DNA of 63,645 nt, filler included, from Trichomonas gallinae (lineage: Eukaryota), in the NCBI GenBank assembly GCA_008369845.1. It is 4 parts of 4 records of this genome, joined end to end, with 100 filler letters (N's around TTAATTAATTAA, not from the genome) between each part and the next. Parts side by side here need not be neighbours in the genome. Positions count along the whole stretch, not along the records: positions 17,122 to 48,739 come from MRSU01000692.1; 3 more parts are not named here. The stretch is one strand, 5' to 3'. Positions 23,166-33,900 of this stretch are shown here, in pieces; positions within the stretch are counted from its first letter, which is position 1, and each line of letters starts with the position of its first letter. The position numbers were made by a program, and so were the translations under genes. The notes beneath the pieces are model-generated. The model was not told the DNA's origin and made no database searches. It was given only the letters and a program-made list of their open reading frames with translations.

Positions 23166-23653
23166 TTTATATTTTTTTTATTTATTTTGTTCGAAATTGT
23201 TCAGATAAAATGTTTTGTTCATATTACATGCAGAAACCTATTGCTATTTGTCTACACTAAGCCAGTTTTTCAGCTTTTTTTTTCAAAAAATACAATAAAC
23301 GGACAAAAAACAACAACCAGTTTTCCTATAGATCTCTTTACAAGCTATATATTTGCCGATTTAGCTTTTGAAAAAAATTGAAAATCAAATATTAATTTTC
23401 AATTTATCATTATCTGGCTATTTTAGTGATAATTGATTTATACTACCTTTTCTCATATTTGTTCATTAATTTAATTAATGAAAATATTTTTTACAAATAA
23501 AAATTATAGAAAATGCATTTATTTTGAGCTAAATGCTATGATGCTTTGTAAGTATTGATAAACTGATAAAAATAATAAAAAGTCTAAAAAATGGATGTGT
23601 CGGGATTCGAACTTGGTGATGATAAAAGTGACATGGATTTTTAAAAGTGACAA

Positions 23654-24931
23654 ATGACTTTGAAGACCAGCGATATTGATTTTAACATAGATATACTCAA
23701 TACCCTCCCTAAAGATTTCTCTATCGTGGTCGATAACACGACTTATAAACTTCATACTTTTAGATTGGTAGCTTTTTCGCCTCGAATAAGAAGATTAATT
23801 GTCTGCGATCCATGTATAAGACGTATTAAAATTCCGTTTCCAGATCCAAATCATGCGTTTGAATTGATATCGAAATTAATCTATCAACAAGAAATCGAAA
23901 TTGAAGATAGTAATTTAAAAACTTTCCTGAAATACGTAGAATTCTTCGAAAATCACGAGTTTGCTAAATTAGTAGCATCTCACTTACAGAAAATCGACTC
24001 TAGTATCGAATCTTTGCAAAAGATTGATTATAATTCATCGTATTTAATGCTTATAATGCCAATAGAAAAGATAAAAATGGATTTCGAGAGATTTATGGAG
24101 TCGTCGTTTATGCTTACACTGCCCGTTCACATATTAGATGAAATATTACCTCTTCAGTTTCAAAAGCAAAATATCAAAGCTAGCTTATTCAAATGGATAT
24201 ATAATTTAGTAGAACATAACTTCGACAATAATATTTCTTACTGCTCCTTATTTTGTCATCTGAATTTCGAAGAGCTTTCAGAAGTACAATTAGAACAATT
24301 CGTCAAGATCTGCCACCCAGATGCTATCAGTGGAGCCCTTTGGATGGCTGTTTCCCAACGTTTGATGAAACCGGTTAATACTAACAAACAAAACGAAAAC
24401 TTCCCATACAAAGGTGACAGCTTCGATGGTGTCTTCCACTTCTTCATAGAGAATTACAAAGACTCGTTTACGAATTATATTAACCTTGATTGCGGAGGAA
24501 CGAAGCAATGGGCTCTGCAGCATTTACTTGAACCTAACAATCACTCTAAGTGGTGGGAAAACGCCGGAAACAATGGAAGATACGACCAAGAAGATGCATG
24601 GGTTGGTGTTTATTTCTCGAGAACGAAATTAAGATTAACGCATTACACTTTATCTCATTCTTTAAATTCTGCAAATTCATGCCAGCCAAAGCATTGGATC
24701 GTTTATGGATCTGATGAATCCGAGAAATGGATCAAATTACACGAAGTAACAAACGCTGTTGAACTGAATCACGAACAAGCTTACCATACATATAAGATTA
24801 GCAACTCAACAGAATATTATTCAAGATTTAAGATAGAACAAATCCAGAATTTCTCGAAGAAAGACCTTTATCGCGGAAAGTTTGTTTTATGCGCAATCGA
24901 ATTCTTCGGTGATTTACTGAAATTAGAATAA
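23654..24931 (+). CDS. BTB/BACK-like plus C-terminal discoidin (F5/8 type C-like) protein
   Basis: DFSIVVDNTTYKLH...FSPRI (BTB-like); LRLTHYTL...PKHWIVYGSD...W...RFKIEQ...LCAIEFFG (F5/8-like). Confidence 0.8.
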   Translation: MTLKTSDIDFNIDILNTLPKDFSIVVDNTTYKLHTFRLVAFSPRIRRLIVCDPCIRRIKIPFPDPNHAFELISKLIYQQEIEIEDSNLKTFLKYVEFFENHEFAKLVASHLQKIDSSIESLQKIDYNSSYLMLIMPIEKIKMDFERFMESSFMLTLPVHILDEILPLQFQKQNIKASLFKWIYNLVEHNFDNNISYCSLFCHLNFEELSEVQLEQFVKICHPDAISGALWMAVSQRLMKPVNTNKQNENFPYKGDSFDGVFHFFIENYKDSFTNYINLDCGGTKQWALQHLLEPNNHSKWWENAGNNGRYDQEDAWVGVYFSRTKLRLTHYTLSHSLNSANSCQPKHWIVYGSDESEKWIKLHEVTNAVELNHEQAYHTYKISNSTEYYSRFKIEQIQNFSKKDLYRGKFVLCAIEFFGDLLKLE

Positions 24932-25267
24932 TTTTAATTTTTGATTTTGAATGTAGTTATATATTGCTTATAAATATAAAGATATTATATTAACCTTTTA
25001 AACTACAAACATATTTTATATCATTAAGCATCAAAAATTACAAAATATAGAAAAATTAAAATAAAATGTAGTAAAAGAGTTGATCAATAAGAAAAATCAG
25101 TTTATTTGATTGAATACATATATAATAATGAAGGCAAAGTGTGAAAATGGAAAACATTATTGAAATTTTGAAAAATGTAATAAAAGCGCTGCTGTTAAAG
25201 AAATATCAGTTTATCTAATTAAATATATATATAATAATAAAAGCAAAGTGCAAAAAGAGAAGAAAAA

Positions 25268-26245
25268 TTAAATGCGATTTCCAGTACTGTTTGGACGGAG
25301 CTCAGAAGCTACCCATCTTGGTTCTTCGCGTGACGAATCGATCGTGAGAACGACTAAGAAATCTGTATGGCAAATATCTTGTGGGCCACCTTCAACTAAG
25401 AGGCCATTCATTGTAATAACCTCGTTTGTATGATCGGCGGAGCACTTGACTAAGATTGATGGCATTCTGTTTGTGAAATCGAAGCCCATTATATCAACAT
25501 CTGTAATTGACAGAAGCTTTGTACGAATGATGAGCCTGTTTGACAAGAACTGGACGACAGCCATCTGCCTCTCCTTGGCGACCTGCTGTGTTGTAATTTC
25601 TTCGAGCTGTTTGATGTTTCCGCGAAGATATCTTTCGAGAAGAACTGGAAGGAATGATTTTTCAATCCAATTCTTGAACTCTGCGATCGTGAAGTCCGGA
25701 AAATACATCTGAATAGACATTTGGACGAGTTGCTCAGTTGATGGCTGAGTTAATTTGCTGATGATGATCTGGCTGGCGTTCGCTGCTGCCTGGAATGGGA
25801 CCCTAATAAAGGCGTTTTTGGAAACAGAAGCTGCGTTTTTAACGTTTTTCATCTTATAAATGATTTTATCGATGATATTTTGTTGTCTTGGGACGACTTC
25901 GCCCTTTGTTTCGACTTCAAAAGAGACTTTTGATGTAGAAAATGGGCATGGTGTTAAAACGTAAGGCTTTTTTTGGATAATAAATGATAATGGATAAGTA
26001 ATTGGTGAAATTGCGAGCTTTGTGATAGCTGTTCCCGCATTTAGTGCTGTTTTTCCGTAGAAAGAGATCTCTTCGAAGACGTTTGTCGTGAGTTTTACCA
26101 ATGGATCATTAAATAATCCGTTTAACCACGTCGCAACTTCTTGATTTTCGGTCAGATTACGACCAATGTTGTCGGCGAAGTTCGTGAAAACAGAGGCGTT
26201 GCGAACACCGCTGAATCCACCTTTGGAGGCAAAACTAGAAAGCAT
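25268..26245 (-). CDS. TIM44: Tim44-like organellar (hydrogenosomal) import protein
   Basis: Presequence-like MLSSFASKGGFSGVRN; Tim44 C-domain pattern PDFTIAEF...FLPVLLERYLRGNIKQLEE...W. Confidence 0.75.
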   Translation of the reverse strand: MLSSFASKGGFSGVRNASVFTNFADNIGRNLTENQEVATWLNGLFNDPLVKLTTNVFEEISFYGKTALNAGTAITKLAISPITYPLSFIIQKKPYVLTPCPFSTSKVSFEVETKGEVVPRQQNIIDKIIYKMKNVKNAASVSKNAFIRVPFQAAANASQIIISKLTQPSTEQLVQMSIQMYFPDFTIAEFKNWIEKSFLPVLLERYLRGNIKQLEEITTQQVAKERQMAVVQFLSNRLIIRTKLLSITDVDIMGFDFTNRMPSILVKCSADHTNEVITMNGLLVEGGPQDICHTDFLVVLTIDSSREEPRWVASELRPNSTGNRI

Positions 26246-26350
26246 AGATATATTGGCCGATCAACTTTGAAAAATTTTGGGAAAATTTGATATTTTCTCA
26301 TATTTAGCATTATTAACATATGTTTATTATATATAACAAATTTCAAACAA

Positions 26351-26690
26351 AAAATATTTTTTATTTTACATATAATATCTATTAACAATAATAACTCTAT
26401 TTTATTGATCAAAATTCGAAAATCTAATATATAATTTTGAAAAAAAAAACAAAAAATCATTTTTAATGATATTTAATATTTATAACATATATAAAACATA
26501 TTTCAGTCATCAAAAATGTAAATACTACTGTAAAACCATGAAAAACAAGTGAAAATACAATTTTTAATAAATAAATAATATCTATAGATAGTATAAAATC
26601 GATTTCGGTGATCAAAATTCAAAAATCTATTGTGAAATCATGAAAAATCATATGAAAAAATATTTTTATTTAATATATGGTATCTATTTC
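26351..26690. repeat. Degenerate tandem array of about 101-bp units (about 3.3 copies)
   Basis: TGATCAAAATTC-like core recurs at 26406, about 26508 and 26609; an AAAAAT..TTTTTA.T..AT motif recurs at about 26351, 26451, 26552 and 26655. Confidence 0.6.
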
Positions 26691-26818
26691 TATTATAAAT
26701 TGCATTCCATTAAACAATTTTTGAATATTTGAAGAAATTTTATAGAAAAATTATAAAAAATTAAAAAAATGATAATAATTTTGGACAAATTTGTTATTGA
26801 TTTTCAATTTTTCAAAAA

Positions 26819-27562
26819 ATGGATTTAAATCATCTCCACGAAAAAAGGTTTAATGATGCCCAAAAACTGGTTCTGGAGAGGATGATACCACGCATATATC
26901 AGCTGATATTTGAAACTCCTCAGTTTCCGTTCTGGTTTGTCTCAGAATGTTATTGGGCAATTTGCGTGGCTTATTTAACGACAAAAGGAACAAAGTACAG
27001 ACGTATTTTCAGTTTCATCATAACATTTTGCTTAACATTCGTTTCTACAGAATTATCAGCATTTTTAGTTGGAAGAGAGTCTCCACTCAGTATTTCACAA
27101 AATTCTCTTTACTTATGCATAGTTTTCTGGGTATTGATGGAACTCTATCCATCTAATTTGCTGAATTATGTCAAAGATTATTTAAGCTTGTTTGTTGCAC
27201 CACTTCATACATTCAACATGATGAGAATTCTCCATTTCTACAACGATGAAACTAGAAGAATCACATGGGAAACATCTTTTGGTTTCGGTATAATTTTATC
27301 TATCGCTGATATTCTTTGCGCTAGGTTTATCAAGTTTATTATAAGAGGAAGAGTTTCTCCTTACATTCGTGCATCTGCATTCATCAGAATTATTTTAGCT
27401 TACGTTTTATTCTTCTTACTGACAGAAGAAACTCCAGCAATGATCGTTTTTGGAATTCTTCCTTACAAACCAGTCGGCCTTGCTATTGCAATAATATTTG
27501 CTGCTATGGAATTCGCTGTTCAGGCCGATTATCTCTTCACACCAAAAGAGAAGCAGGACTAA
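26819..27562 (+). CDS. Multi-pass membrane protein, TRIC/TMEM38-like
   Basis: About 6-7 hydrophobic segments; FPFWFVSE...FCLTFVSTELSAFLVGRESPL resembles the first TRIC repeat. Confidence 0.6.
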   Translation: MDLNHLHEKRFNDAQKLVLERMIPRIYQLIFETPQFPFWFVSECYWAICVAYLTTKGTKYRRIFSFIITFCLTFVSTELSAFLVGRESPLSISQNSLYLCIVFWVLMELYPSNLLNYVKDYLSLFVAPLHTFNMMRILHFYNDETRRITWETSFGFGIILSIADILCARFIKFIIRGRVSPYIRASAFIRIILAYVLFFLLTEETPAMIVFGILPYKPVGLAIAIIFAAMEFAVQADYLFTPKEKQD

Positions 27563-27870
27563 ATATGTTTACACTTGTTAAATTTAGAGATTTACATAAA
27601 GATTCTTTATATTTTATATATATTTTATAATCATGAAAAATCTTAACTTTATCACAAACTTATAACCTAATATAATGAGTGATTTATATTTTAAGCAATA
27701 TCTCAATTTATTAATAAAAAAATTTCTTTCCATTTTTGTATTATATCAAAGTTCCTAGTAAATAATGGTTCTAAAGTATGTTTACAGCAATATCTAGCAA
27801 AGCACAAGACAAAACAAGAAGAAGAAAAATATGTGATATAATTTTGATTGAAAATGAAGTAGTTAATGAC

Positions 27871-28302
27871 TTAATTTTCGCCATGAATTTGAAAACCTTG
27901 TGCGATGAGCTGATTTTCAAGATTCTTAGCTTCAGTAAATTTATTTTGTCTGCGAAGAAAAGCAATATATGCAATTCCTATTTGACCAATTTTATCAACC
28001 GGTATGTCACATTGATCTGCAATAGCATTGAGATCTTTAAAACCGCTTGATTCAACTGCACGAACGAATTTGGTGATCTGAGAATGCGTTTTTGAATCCT
28101 GTGGCACAGTATTAAGCGATGGATGCTTATGATTATCAGCACAGGCAGCTAATTGCGTGAGATTGAGTTGAAATCTTGTTTGATATAGCATCGCATCCAT
28201 AATACGGCCTTCGTTTTGGCACGTTAAAATTACTTTGATGAGCTGAGTGTTTTCATCGAGAAGTTGCTGAATCTGTTCTTTTGTTAATTCGTTATTCGAC
28301 AT
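27871..28302 (-). CDS. SSXT-domain protein (SS18/GIF-like)
   Basis: LTKEQIQQLLDENTQLIKVILTCQNEGR...YQTRFQLNLTQLAACAD matches the SSXT/SNH domain. Confidence 0.88.
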   Translation of the reverse strand: MSNNELTKEQIQQLLDENTQLIKVILTCQNEGRIMDAMLYQTRFQLNLTQLAACADNHKHPSLNTVPQDSKTHSQITKFVRAVESSGFKDLNAIADQCDIPVDKIGQIGIAYIAFLRRQNKFTEAKNLENQLIAQGFQIHGEN

Positions 28303-29744
28303 TTAAAAAAATTGACAAAAAACCAACTTTACATGTCAAAAATATTTTTTTCTTTTCACTACCAAAAACAAGAACAAGTTGTTCAAGGCCATAACATCCA
28401 AATATAACCAAACTGTGACCTACAGAAGTTATTTTATCAATTCATTACAAAACGAATTTATTTTTGGGAATATTTGTTTTCTATTTTTCCAAAAAACAGT
28501 TTAATTTGGTGGTTAATATATACAAACGCATTAGATTGTATTATTTTACATATTCTCACGTTATTCTATATGCTTTTATTGTATATTTCTCGCATAATTT
28601 GACCGTTCGATTAATATTTGCTATTATTTTATATCTAACTTAACAACTATATATTACATCTGAATATGGACCTAATGTTTATATTTTTCTTGATGATCGT
28701 ACAAGATAATATATCCTTTGGTTTCATCATTATTAAAAAAGGGTAATCAACAAAAATATCATATCAAATCCAACAACATATGATGAATATTAATTCAAAA
28801 AGATATAAATTCTAGTAGAAAGTGATTTACATTTTATTTTTTCTTCAAATATTGATATTACTTCATGACACGCATTGCAAATCACTACAATAGCATAATG
28901 TTCACATGTAAATAGTGCTAAAATTACGATAGCTCTTATTTGTTGGAATCAAATATAATCTTGTTTTTGTTATTTAATGTAAACAGTTGTTTAACACCCA
29001 TACACACCATATTTCTCGATATAAAGGTTATATCTAAAAACTTCTGATAAAACCTAAAAATTTCGTTGTAAATAATTCAGAGAGCGGCTGTTTGATCACC
29101 ACGGCTGGATGCATTTAGAGAAGCTTATTTCAGCCAATGTTTTAGAAAAGGCCAAATTCGATATCAATTTTTGAGAAAAGTTTTCAATTGCAATTTTTCT
29201 CTTTTTTCTCTTAATTGGCTTCACACATTGGACCAACACCATAAAATTTAGCATTTATAGCCTGTTATTGACCATATTATTTATATGTCGAAATAATTAA
29301 ACAACAATAGAAAGAGTTTCGAAAAAACTTGTCATTTCATTCCAAAACTAGGATATTTGGAAATTATACATAATGCCTGTGCATATTTCCAGGGTTATCT
29401 CATTATTTTGTTGATGGTTCTCAATTTTTCGACCAAACCAAATTTTTATTTGTTTTTTATTCATTGCTATATGTATAGTTAACATATCCAAAACGTTTTC
29501 AATTTTTTTGTGAACGAATTCAAAAATGTGATTTTTGCATCGTTTTTTTTATTAACAGAACTGGCATCCTTTCATTAAAAGACATTGTTTGATTCGAGTT
29601 TTGGCCAAAAATCATTTGAATGCTGTTAACTTTCAATCGGCTCTTAATTTTTCAGAGGAAATCATTTTTCAAAAAACATAGCAAAATACCATTTAAAAGT
29701 AATTTCTATTTATATTTGTTTAATTTTTATTTTTTTCAATTATT

Positions 29745-30743
29745 ATGAGTGTTGATTTGGGGCATCTGTCGAGTGTTTGTGCTGCTTTGGTCAGTGCCAT
29801 GCTTTGCGGATTTTTCACGGTGAAGTTTAACTTCTTCCCGTGGGAGAAAATTCCAGCAGTAAATAAATATAATTTTCAAACGTTCCTTTTTGTACTCTTA
29901 TACAAATTCCCTGCATACAAGGATCTGAAGGGTTACAATATATATCCATTCATCGTTGTTGCGCTTTCTCACATCATATTGCATCTTTTATTCGCTGTAT
30001 TCTTCTTTATTCCAGACAAGAACTTAGGAAAAGTGTTCATCTCAACATTAATGCCGGCTACATATGTGAATTATATTACAATCGGAATCCCAGTCTTCAG
30101 AGCAATTTGGGGAAACGAAAACATCATATTTGTATCAATGATGATATTATGCAACGAAACTGTCATCTCTCCAATGTACATACTCGAGTCAGGACTTTAT
30201 AATCTTCACTTGAGGAATAAATCTCACGATATAAAAGGCGAACCTCGCGAAAAAGTAACATGGAGATTCTTTTGGAATATAATCAAGACAATATTGACAT
30301 CACCGATCAATTTGTCTATGGTTGCCGGTTTAATTTTTGCAATAATTGGAAAAGGAGTTCCAAAATACTTTGAAAGGATAGTGAAGATCGGAGCCGATGG
30401 AGTTCTCTGTGTAACACTGTTCTGCATTGGTGGATTCGTTGCATCTCACAACATTTTTTCATTTCCAATTTTCGAAGTCGGATTTTCATTATTATTGAAG
30501 TTCTTTATTTTTCCAATCATAAATTGCCTTGTAGCATGGGTTATTGGACTAGATTCCCAACTTTGCCGCTGCTGCGCATTTTTAACGACTCTTCCTTGCG
30601 TTTTCTCTTGTTTCTTCGTTGGAGAATCCAATGGATATGGATCAGCAACAGCAACAGCAATGATTGCCTGGTCAATGATTTTATTCCTTCCCATTTTATT
30701 GATTTGGATCGAAATTTTTGATTATTTGAAGCTTTTTGTATAA
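29745..30743 (+). CDS. Auxin efflux carrier (AEC/Mem_trans) family transporter
   Basis: About 10 TM segments, NYITIGIPV, TSPINLSMVAGL, LFCIGGF, KFFIFP, LPCVFS. Confidence 0.85.
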   Translation: MSVDLGHLSSVCAALVSAMLCGFFTVKFNFFPWEKIPAVNKYNFQTFLFVLLYKFPAYKDLKGYNIYPFIVVALSHIILHLLFAVFFFIPDKNLGKVFISTLMPATYVNYITIGIPVFRAIWGNENIIFVSMMILCNETVISPMYILESGLYNLHLRNKSHDIKGEPREKVTWRFFWNIIKTILTSPINLSMVAGLIFAIIGKGVPKYFERIVKIGADGVLCVTLFCIGGFVASHNIFSFPIFEVGFSLLLKFFIFPIINCLVAWVIGLDSQLCRCCAFLTTLPCVFSCFFVGESNGYGSATATAMIAWSMILFLPILLIWIEIFDYLKLFV

Positions 30744-30969
30744 TAGATCTATCATAAATTGTTTGTATATATTACCTCTATCAATTCGACCCTTTTTTTT
30801 TTAAAATAATGATTTTTATCTAATTTTGCTTGCGCAAGGACAAATTTTCTATGCCAATACTTATATTCAGGGTTCCATCAAAAAGATGCAGAGAAACAAG
30901 CTTGAGATATATTTCATTGTGTAACTCATCATAGTGAACTATCTAAGTATTTTCAAAACAAGACTCAAT

Positions 30970-31987
30970 TTGTTCCATTTCTTAATTTTCAGTCAGCTCA
31001 CTTAGTAATTTTAAATATCAGCATATTTAGGAAGTTGTTTTCATCGAGACACTGCGCCAGTAAGTGTCTGGGAGCTACACTATACCACACAGTACACAGG
31101 AAATGACTACAAATTCTTAACTAATGAAGATGTTTCATCGAAAAACAACGAAATCTTAGCATACTGTTGCAAATTCCACGATTTAGCGTCAGGTTGCATG
31201 AATATTACTACAAATGGAATCAAATTCCTCCATTCCCTTTGCTTTTATGACTTTTGTCGAAAATCAGGGTTTGGTGGTGCAATATTCTTTAACTGCAACG
31301 GCCAAATCGTACAACACCGATTTTGTACAACGAATACATATGTAACAAGCAATACAGGGTTCCATTCTTACGCAAATTTATTAAAACAAGGCAAATTACA
31401 CAATATCGTCGCTGAAAGTTCGATATATAAATGCAATCAAGATAATTATGAAAGACCACTTGATTTTAACTACGGAAACATCGGAATTTATTCATCTAAT
31501 TTCTCAAAAAACACTGCAAAACAGTTCTCAGTTGCTTATTTCGAGAATGCGAATGAAATAAGCATTATAAACTACTCTATTTTCGAAAGGAACTATGCAG
31601 CTAATGGATATTCATGTCTTTACCATAATGTTGGCACGTACAAAGATATTAGTTGCATCTTTATCGGAAACAACCAGACGAGCACGCAGTTTGGCTGCAT
31701 ACTTATGTGCAGAGTCCTCACTGTCGAAAACTGCACTTGTTTTTGCCGCAGACTACCCAGAAAGTCACTATATCTATATAATAAACTGCAACTTTGACGA
31801 ATACACAACAACGCAAGGAACTTATTCCACTACAGGAATCAAATTCATAGAAAAACAAAATTTTGAATTTTTGGAGATTGACTATTGCCGAAATTCTAAT
31901 CGAAATCCGAAAACATTCATAATTTGGCAGCATAATTTAGTATCCAGAATAAATACATGCATAATTCTTTTCAATTTTACTGAATAA
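30970..31987 (+). pseudogene. Frameshifted member of a trichomonad secreted/surface family (GGAIFF, beta-helix-like)
   Basis: Leader LFHFLIFS lacks an ATG and is followed by stops. The frame is open from 31015 (AYLGSCFHRD...GFGGAIFFNCNGQIVQHRFC) and shifts near 31735-31745 into the frame ending at 31987. Confidence 0.7.
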
Positions 31988-32534
31988 AACTAAATTCAAT
32001 GATGTATTTCATACATAAACCATATGAAAAAATAGAACACAAGCTAATCATTCTCAGACAAATTCATCAAAGAGATACAGGAACTCTCAAAACATCGTGC
32101 AAAGATGTATAAATTTAAAGAAGTCGATGAAGAGAACATATTCAGTGATGAAATAGAGGTAAAATTTGTATACAAGTGCTCCATGCAAGAGATTTATGCT
32201 GTCGTGAAGTCAAGATTTTACAAATCGCCTTTTCAATACATTTTTGCCCCAAACATGTTTAAACGCATCGGATCGAAATCTGCTGGCATTGTTGGATTTA
32301 ATCCTAGACTATTTCAAGCGAGAAGCAAATGACTTTTTATACAACATCTATTTCGATGGTTATTTGCATTCTCATCCTTTTCATCTTTTGATATAGTCAA
32401 AAGTTCATAATATGAGTAATTTAGATTTCGAATTGATAGGAAGATTTATAATGAATTATTTCCTCAAAGCACATCAATTTGGAGAATTTCTAGATTATTT
32501 TCACGTGATCACATTGCAAAATTAGGATACCTCT

Positions 32535-33344
32535 TTAAATAACTTCTTCTTGAATATGCCAAACGTTTTGGAGCGTAAGTATTTCCGAGTTTGGATTGAA
32601 GTAACTCTTTTTCAAAAAAATATTACTTATTACTTGAGAATCAGGAAGTAACTGTTGTGTGTTTCCTATATCATCATTGAATATTGCATGTTCAACAGAT
32701 TTAACTGGATAAAAGTTAGAAATTAATTCTTCAGCAAATTTTCCTTCGTTTTCTCTAAAAGAAGTTAAAGTATTACGAAGGAATTCGATGTCAATTGATG
32801 AATTTTGCTCAATTTGTTGTGATGATGTGAACCAAACTTCAAATTTGTTGAATACTTCAGTGATGAAATTATTATCTTGTTTGTCGAGCTCGTGACAGAA
32901 AATAGCCAGTAATATGAACAATCTTGTTGACGGCTCCATTGGAAAAGCAGAAATATATTCACGAATTTCGTCTAATGTGAAAATTCCATCATGAAAACAT
33001 TGTTTTAATAACCTCATTCTCATTTCAAAGGAATTAATTCGAACCATAGACATAAATGCATCGATTAAAACCTGCCTGAAGCTGTTGAATTTATCTGTTT
33101 TTCGAGTTGTTGTGATTTCTTTAACCAAATGCGACAAATTTCGAATTGATTTTGGCTGATGTTCGGCCACAAAGCCGATTTCTGATACCAAAAAGTTCAA
33201 ATTGTCTTGTAAATCTTGATTGCAATAAAAAGATATGAAAGCAGTGATAATATTATTGATTGTCTCCGTTTCGTTGCCATCGCTTATCTCAGAAATCCAT
33301 TTTTGGAATTGCAGACCAACTTGAAGATCTAAAGAAAGACTCAT
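32535..33344 (-). pseudogene. Truncated N-terminal part of a trichomonad ankyrin-associated (DUF3447-type) protein
   Basis: Typical family N-terminus ending ...SVEHAIFNDDI, followed by decayed sequence (ENNLEILQI) beyond the stop. Start MSLSLDLQ at 33344. Confidence 0.55.
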
Positions 33345-33542
33345 ATAATTAACTGACAAATAAATATATTTACATGTCAAACAAATCATGATTTTTTTAA
33401 AAAATTTTTTTCTCGCTAAGTGTCTGCGGCATCATTGTATACTATGCGGTAATGTTAATATATTATGATACTCTATAACTTCATGAAACAGCCCAAGTAT
33501 CCAAATACATAATAAAAAATTGTCAACGATAATGTATGAACT

Positions 33543-33800
33543 TTATTCAGTCTTGACGTCGACTTCGATGAGCGAAGCTGCACTATCATTGTCTTCTAGC
33601 TCTTCATAGAGTTCATCAGGAATCTCTTCTTGCTCGAGTGTGACGGAACTATGATGCGATTTTTGCAGAAACAATGACCCTGAGTTCAGCCTTGAATTCA
33701 TAATCTTGGACGGCTGGAGTGCTACAACCGGCAGTTTCTGGATCAATCATAGGAGGAACATAAACAGCAGACCATTATAAACATATTATCACAAACAAAA
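33543..33800 (-). pseudogene. Small decayed coding remnant with acidic C-terminus
   Basis: Fragments in two frames (WSAVYVPPMIDPETAG... and VTLEQEEIPDELYEELEDND...KTE*). Confidence 0.3.
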
Positions 33801-33900
33801 TATAAAAATTTCTCCTAAACACATGTGTGCTGTTTAAAATTAAGAATACGAAAAATGTTATCTATTTATACATAAAACACTATAGCAATAAAATATTTAT

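Noticed and set aside
23598..23615. B-box-like GTTCGAATCCC on the minus strand
   Set aside because: No T stem or cloverleaf around it.
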